Below, one piece after another: positions 58,279 to 59,633 of a stretch of DNA of 59,633 bases. Source of the stretch: a virus (Duplodnaviria > Caudoviricetes); IMG/VR virus record IMGVR_UViG_3300032318_000568, positions 1 through 59,633 of that record; one strand, 5' to 3'. The translations under genes and the position numbers were made by a program. Numbering within the stretch: position 1 is the stretch's first letter; each line of letters opens with the position of its first letter. The notes beneath the pieces were generated by a model, which did not search any database, had not been told where the DNA came from, and was given only the letters and a program-made list of their open reading frames with translations.

Positions 58279-58332
58279 AGTCCTTGCTTGCCAAGCAAGT
58301 TGTCGTGGGTTCGAATCCCATCTTCCGCTCCA
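58258..58332 (+). tRNA. tRNA-Gly(GCC)
   Basis: Loop TTGCCAA, TCCA end. Confidence 0.95.
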
Positions 58333-58339
58333 GTAATAC

Positions 58340-58415
58340 GGGCGATTAGCACAGCGGTAGTTGCTCCTGCTTTACACGCAGGATGTCGGGAGTTCGAATC
58401 TCTCATCGCCTACCA
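58340..58415 (+). tRNA. tRNA-Val(TAC)
   Basis: Loop TTTACAC, CCA. Confidence 0.93.
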
Positions 58416-58420
58416 ATATT

Positions 58421-58497
58421 GCGCTGGTGATGGAATTGGTATACATATTAGTCTTAGAAACTAAGTTTTGGGAGTTCGAGTCTCCCCTAGCGCACCA
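58421..58497 (+). tRNA. tRNA-Leu(TAG) with short variable loop
   Basis: Loop CTTAGAA, 5-nt variable region, CCA. Confidence 0.88.
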
Positions 58498-58518
58498 TTT
58501 ATTATGAGGAAACTAACA

Positions 58519-58944
58519 ATGAAAAATAAGATTATAGGCTTCACATGTTCTACATTCGATTTGTTCCATGCAGGGCATGTTGCAATGTTAGAAGAAGCCA
58601 AGAATCAATGCGATTGGTTGATTGTAGGTATTCAAACGGATCCTTCAATTGACCGTCCAGATAAAAACAAACCTGTGCAAAATATCATTGAAAGACAGTT
58701 ACAGGTTCGTGCATGTAAGTATGTTGATGAGATTATAATATATAATACTGAAGGTGAACTATTTGATTTGCTTTGTATGTTGCCGATAGACATTCGTATC
58801 TTAGGTGCTGAATACAAAGACAAGCCATTTACAGGGCATCATCTAAAAAGTATGGAATATTATTTCAACAAACGTGACCATGGTTATAGTTCCTCAGAAT
58901 TACGAAAGCGCATTGAACATGCAAAGAAAAAAGATAGACCTTGA
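58519..58944 (+). CDS. TagD-like cytidylyltransferase
   Basis: FDLFHAGH (HxGH), KNKPVQ..IER, KYVDE, YSSSELR. Confidence 0.9.
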   Translation: MKNKIIGFTCSTFDLFHAGHVAMLEEAKNQCDWLIVGIQTDPSIDRPDKNKPVQNIIERQLQVRACKYVDEIIIYNTEGELFDLLCMLPIDIRILGAEYKDKPFTGHHLKSMEYYFNKRDHGYSSSELRKRIEHAKKKDRP

Positions 58945-59404
58945 TGAAGTCAAATCATTCATTCAATCTCAATCCCCATCAACTCGAATCTATATCGGCG
59001 GCGACTCGGAACGCCTCTGTATTGATGGCGTATGGCATGCTGATTATACCAATGTCGTTGTTGTCCACATTGATGGTAACCGCGGCTGTCGCGTCTTTGG
59101 CGAAGTGATACGTGAAAGAGACTATGACCAGCAAAAAGATAAGCCTCGTATGCGACTGATGAATGAAGTGATGAAAACTGCACAACTCTATCTAGATTTA
59201 GCTGATGTTCTTGAAGATAGAGAAGTAGAAATCCATCTTGATATTAATCCAAATCAAAAGCATGGTTCATCTTGTGTAATACAGGAAGCAACTGGTTATA
59301 TTCGTGGTATGTGTAATGTTGTGCCTATGGTCAAGCCAGATGCATGGGCAGCTTCGTATTGTGCAGACAGATTAAAAGATATTATCTCAAGGAGAGTAGC
59401 ATGA
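58919..59404 (+). CDS. RNase H-like YkuK/DUF458 protein
   Basis: IYIGGDS, RLMNEV, EIHLDIN, KPDAWAASYCAD. Confidence 0.85.
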   Translation: MQRKKIDLDEVKSFIQSQSPSTRIYIGGDSERLCIDGVWHADYTNVVVVHIDGNRGCRVFGEVIRERDYDQQKDKPRMRLMNEVMKTAQLYLDLADVLEDREVEIHLDINPNQKHGSSCVIQEATGYIRGMCNVVPMVKPDAWAASYCADRLKDIISRRVA

Positions 59405-59633
59405 ACTTATTAATCACATTATTTAATAGATGGACAGCATGGCTTCGAAAAGATTCGAGACTTGTCATTCGTAACAATCCAGATTGGCCAGATTCAACAA
59501 TCTATAGTGTTCGTATGGCAACACCAGATCCGCAGACTAAGACTTCATCGACAATCGACAAGAATACAGATGTAAGAAACTTCCCAGAATTGACTGGTGC
59601 TGATGATGTTAGCTTTAGCCTTGACTGGCTTCA
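59401..59633 (+). CDS. Hypothetical protein, runs off window end
   Basis: SD AGGAG, ATGA overlap, open to the end. Confidence 0.6.
   Translation, partial: MNLLITLFNRWTAWLRKDSRLVIRNNPDWPDSTIYSVRMATPDPQTKTSSTIDKNTDVRNFPELTGADDVSFSLDWL

Overview
A 59.6 kb segment of a large T4-like myovirus genome, with essentially all genes on the + strand. From left to right it holds: the head module (gp67/68-like core fusion, gp21, gp22, gp23, gp3); recombination, late-transcription and replication genes (uvsY, uvsW, gp55, gp47, gp46, gp45, dsbA, gp44, gp62, regA, gp43, uvsX, gp40, gp41); two GREB1/TAGT-like glycosyltransferases; a vWA-peptidase plus MoxR/CobS ATPase pair; a nuclease plus Dam-like methylase cassette; hsp20 with a ROSE-like leader and a DUF1127 microprotein; a ~12 kb glycan-synthesis island ending in an internally deleted galE; and a tRNA-rich region. 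The window has 20 tRNA genes in all, interspersed with HNH nucleases, structured RNAs and a PlcP/Agt-like lipid-remodelling pair. Several markers suggest an alphaproteobacterial host (inference). The most striking unannotated element is at 53291-53496: a promoter, a 30-codon leader ORF that uses all 20 amino acids (its first 24 codons are all different), and mutually exclusive antiterminator/terminator hairpins directly in front of the main tRNA array. It is a candidate translation-sensing attenuator that would switch on phage tRNAs when almost any host tRNA becomes limiting. All product calls come from motif recognition and synteny by eye; no database search or folding program was run.
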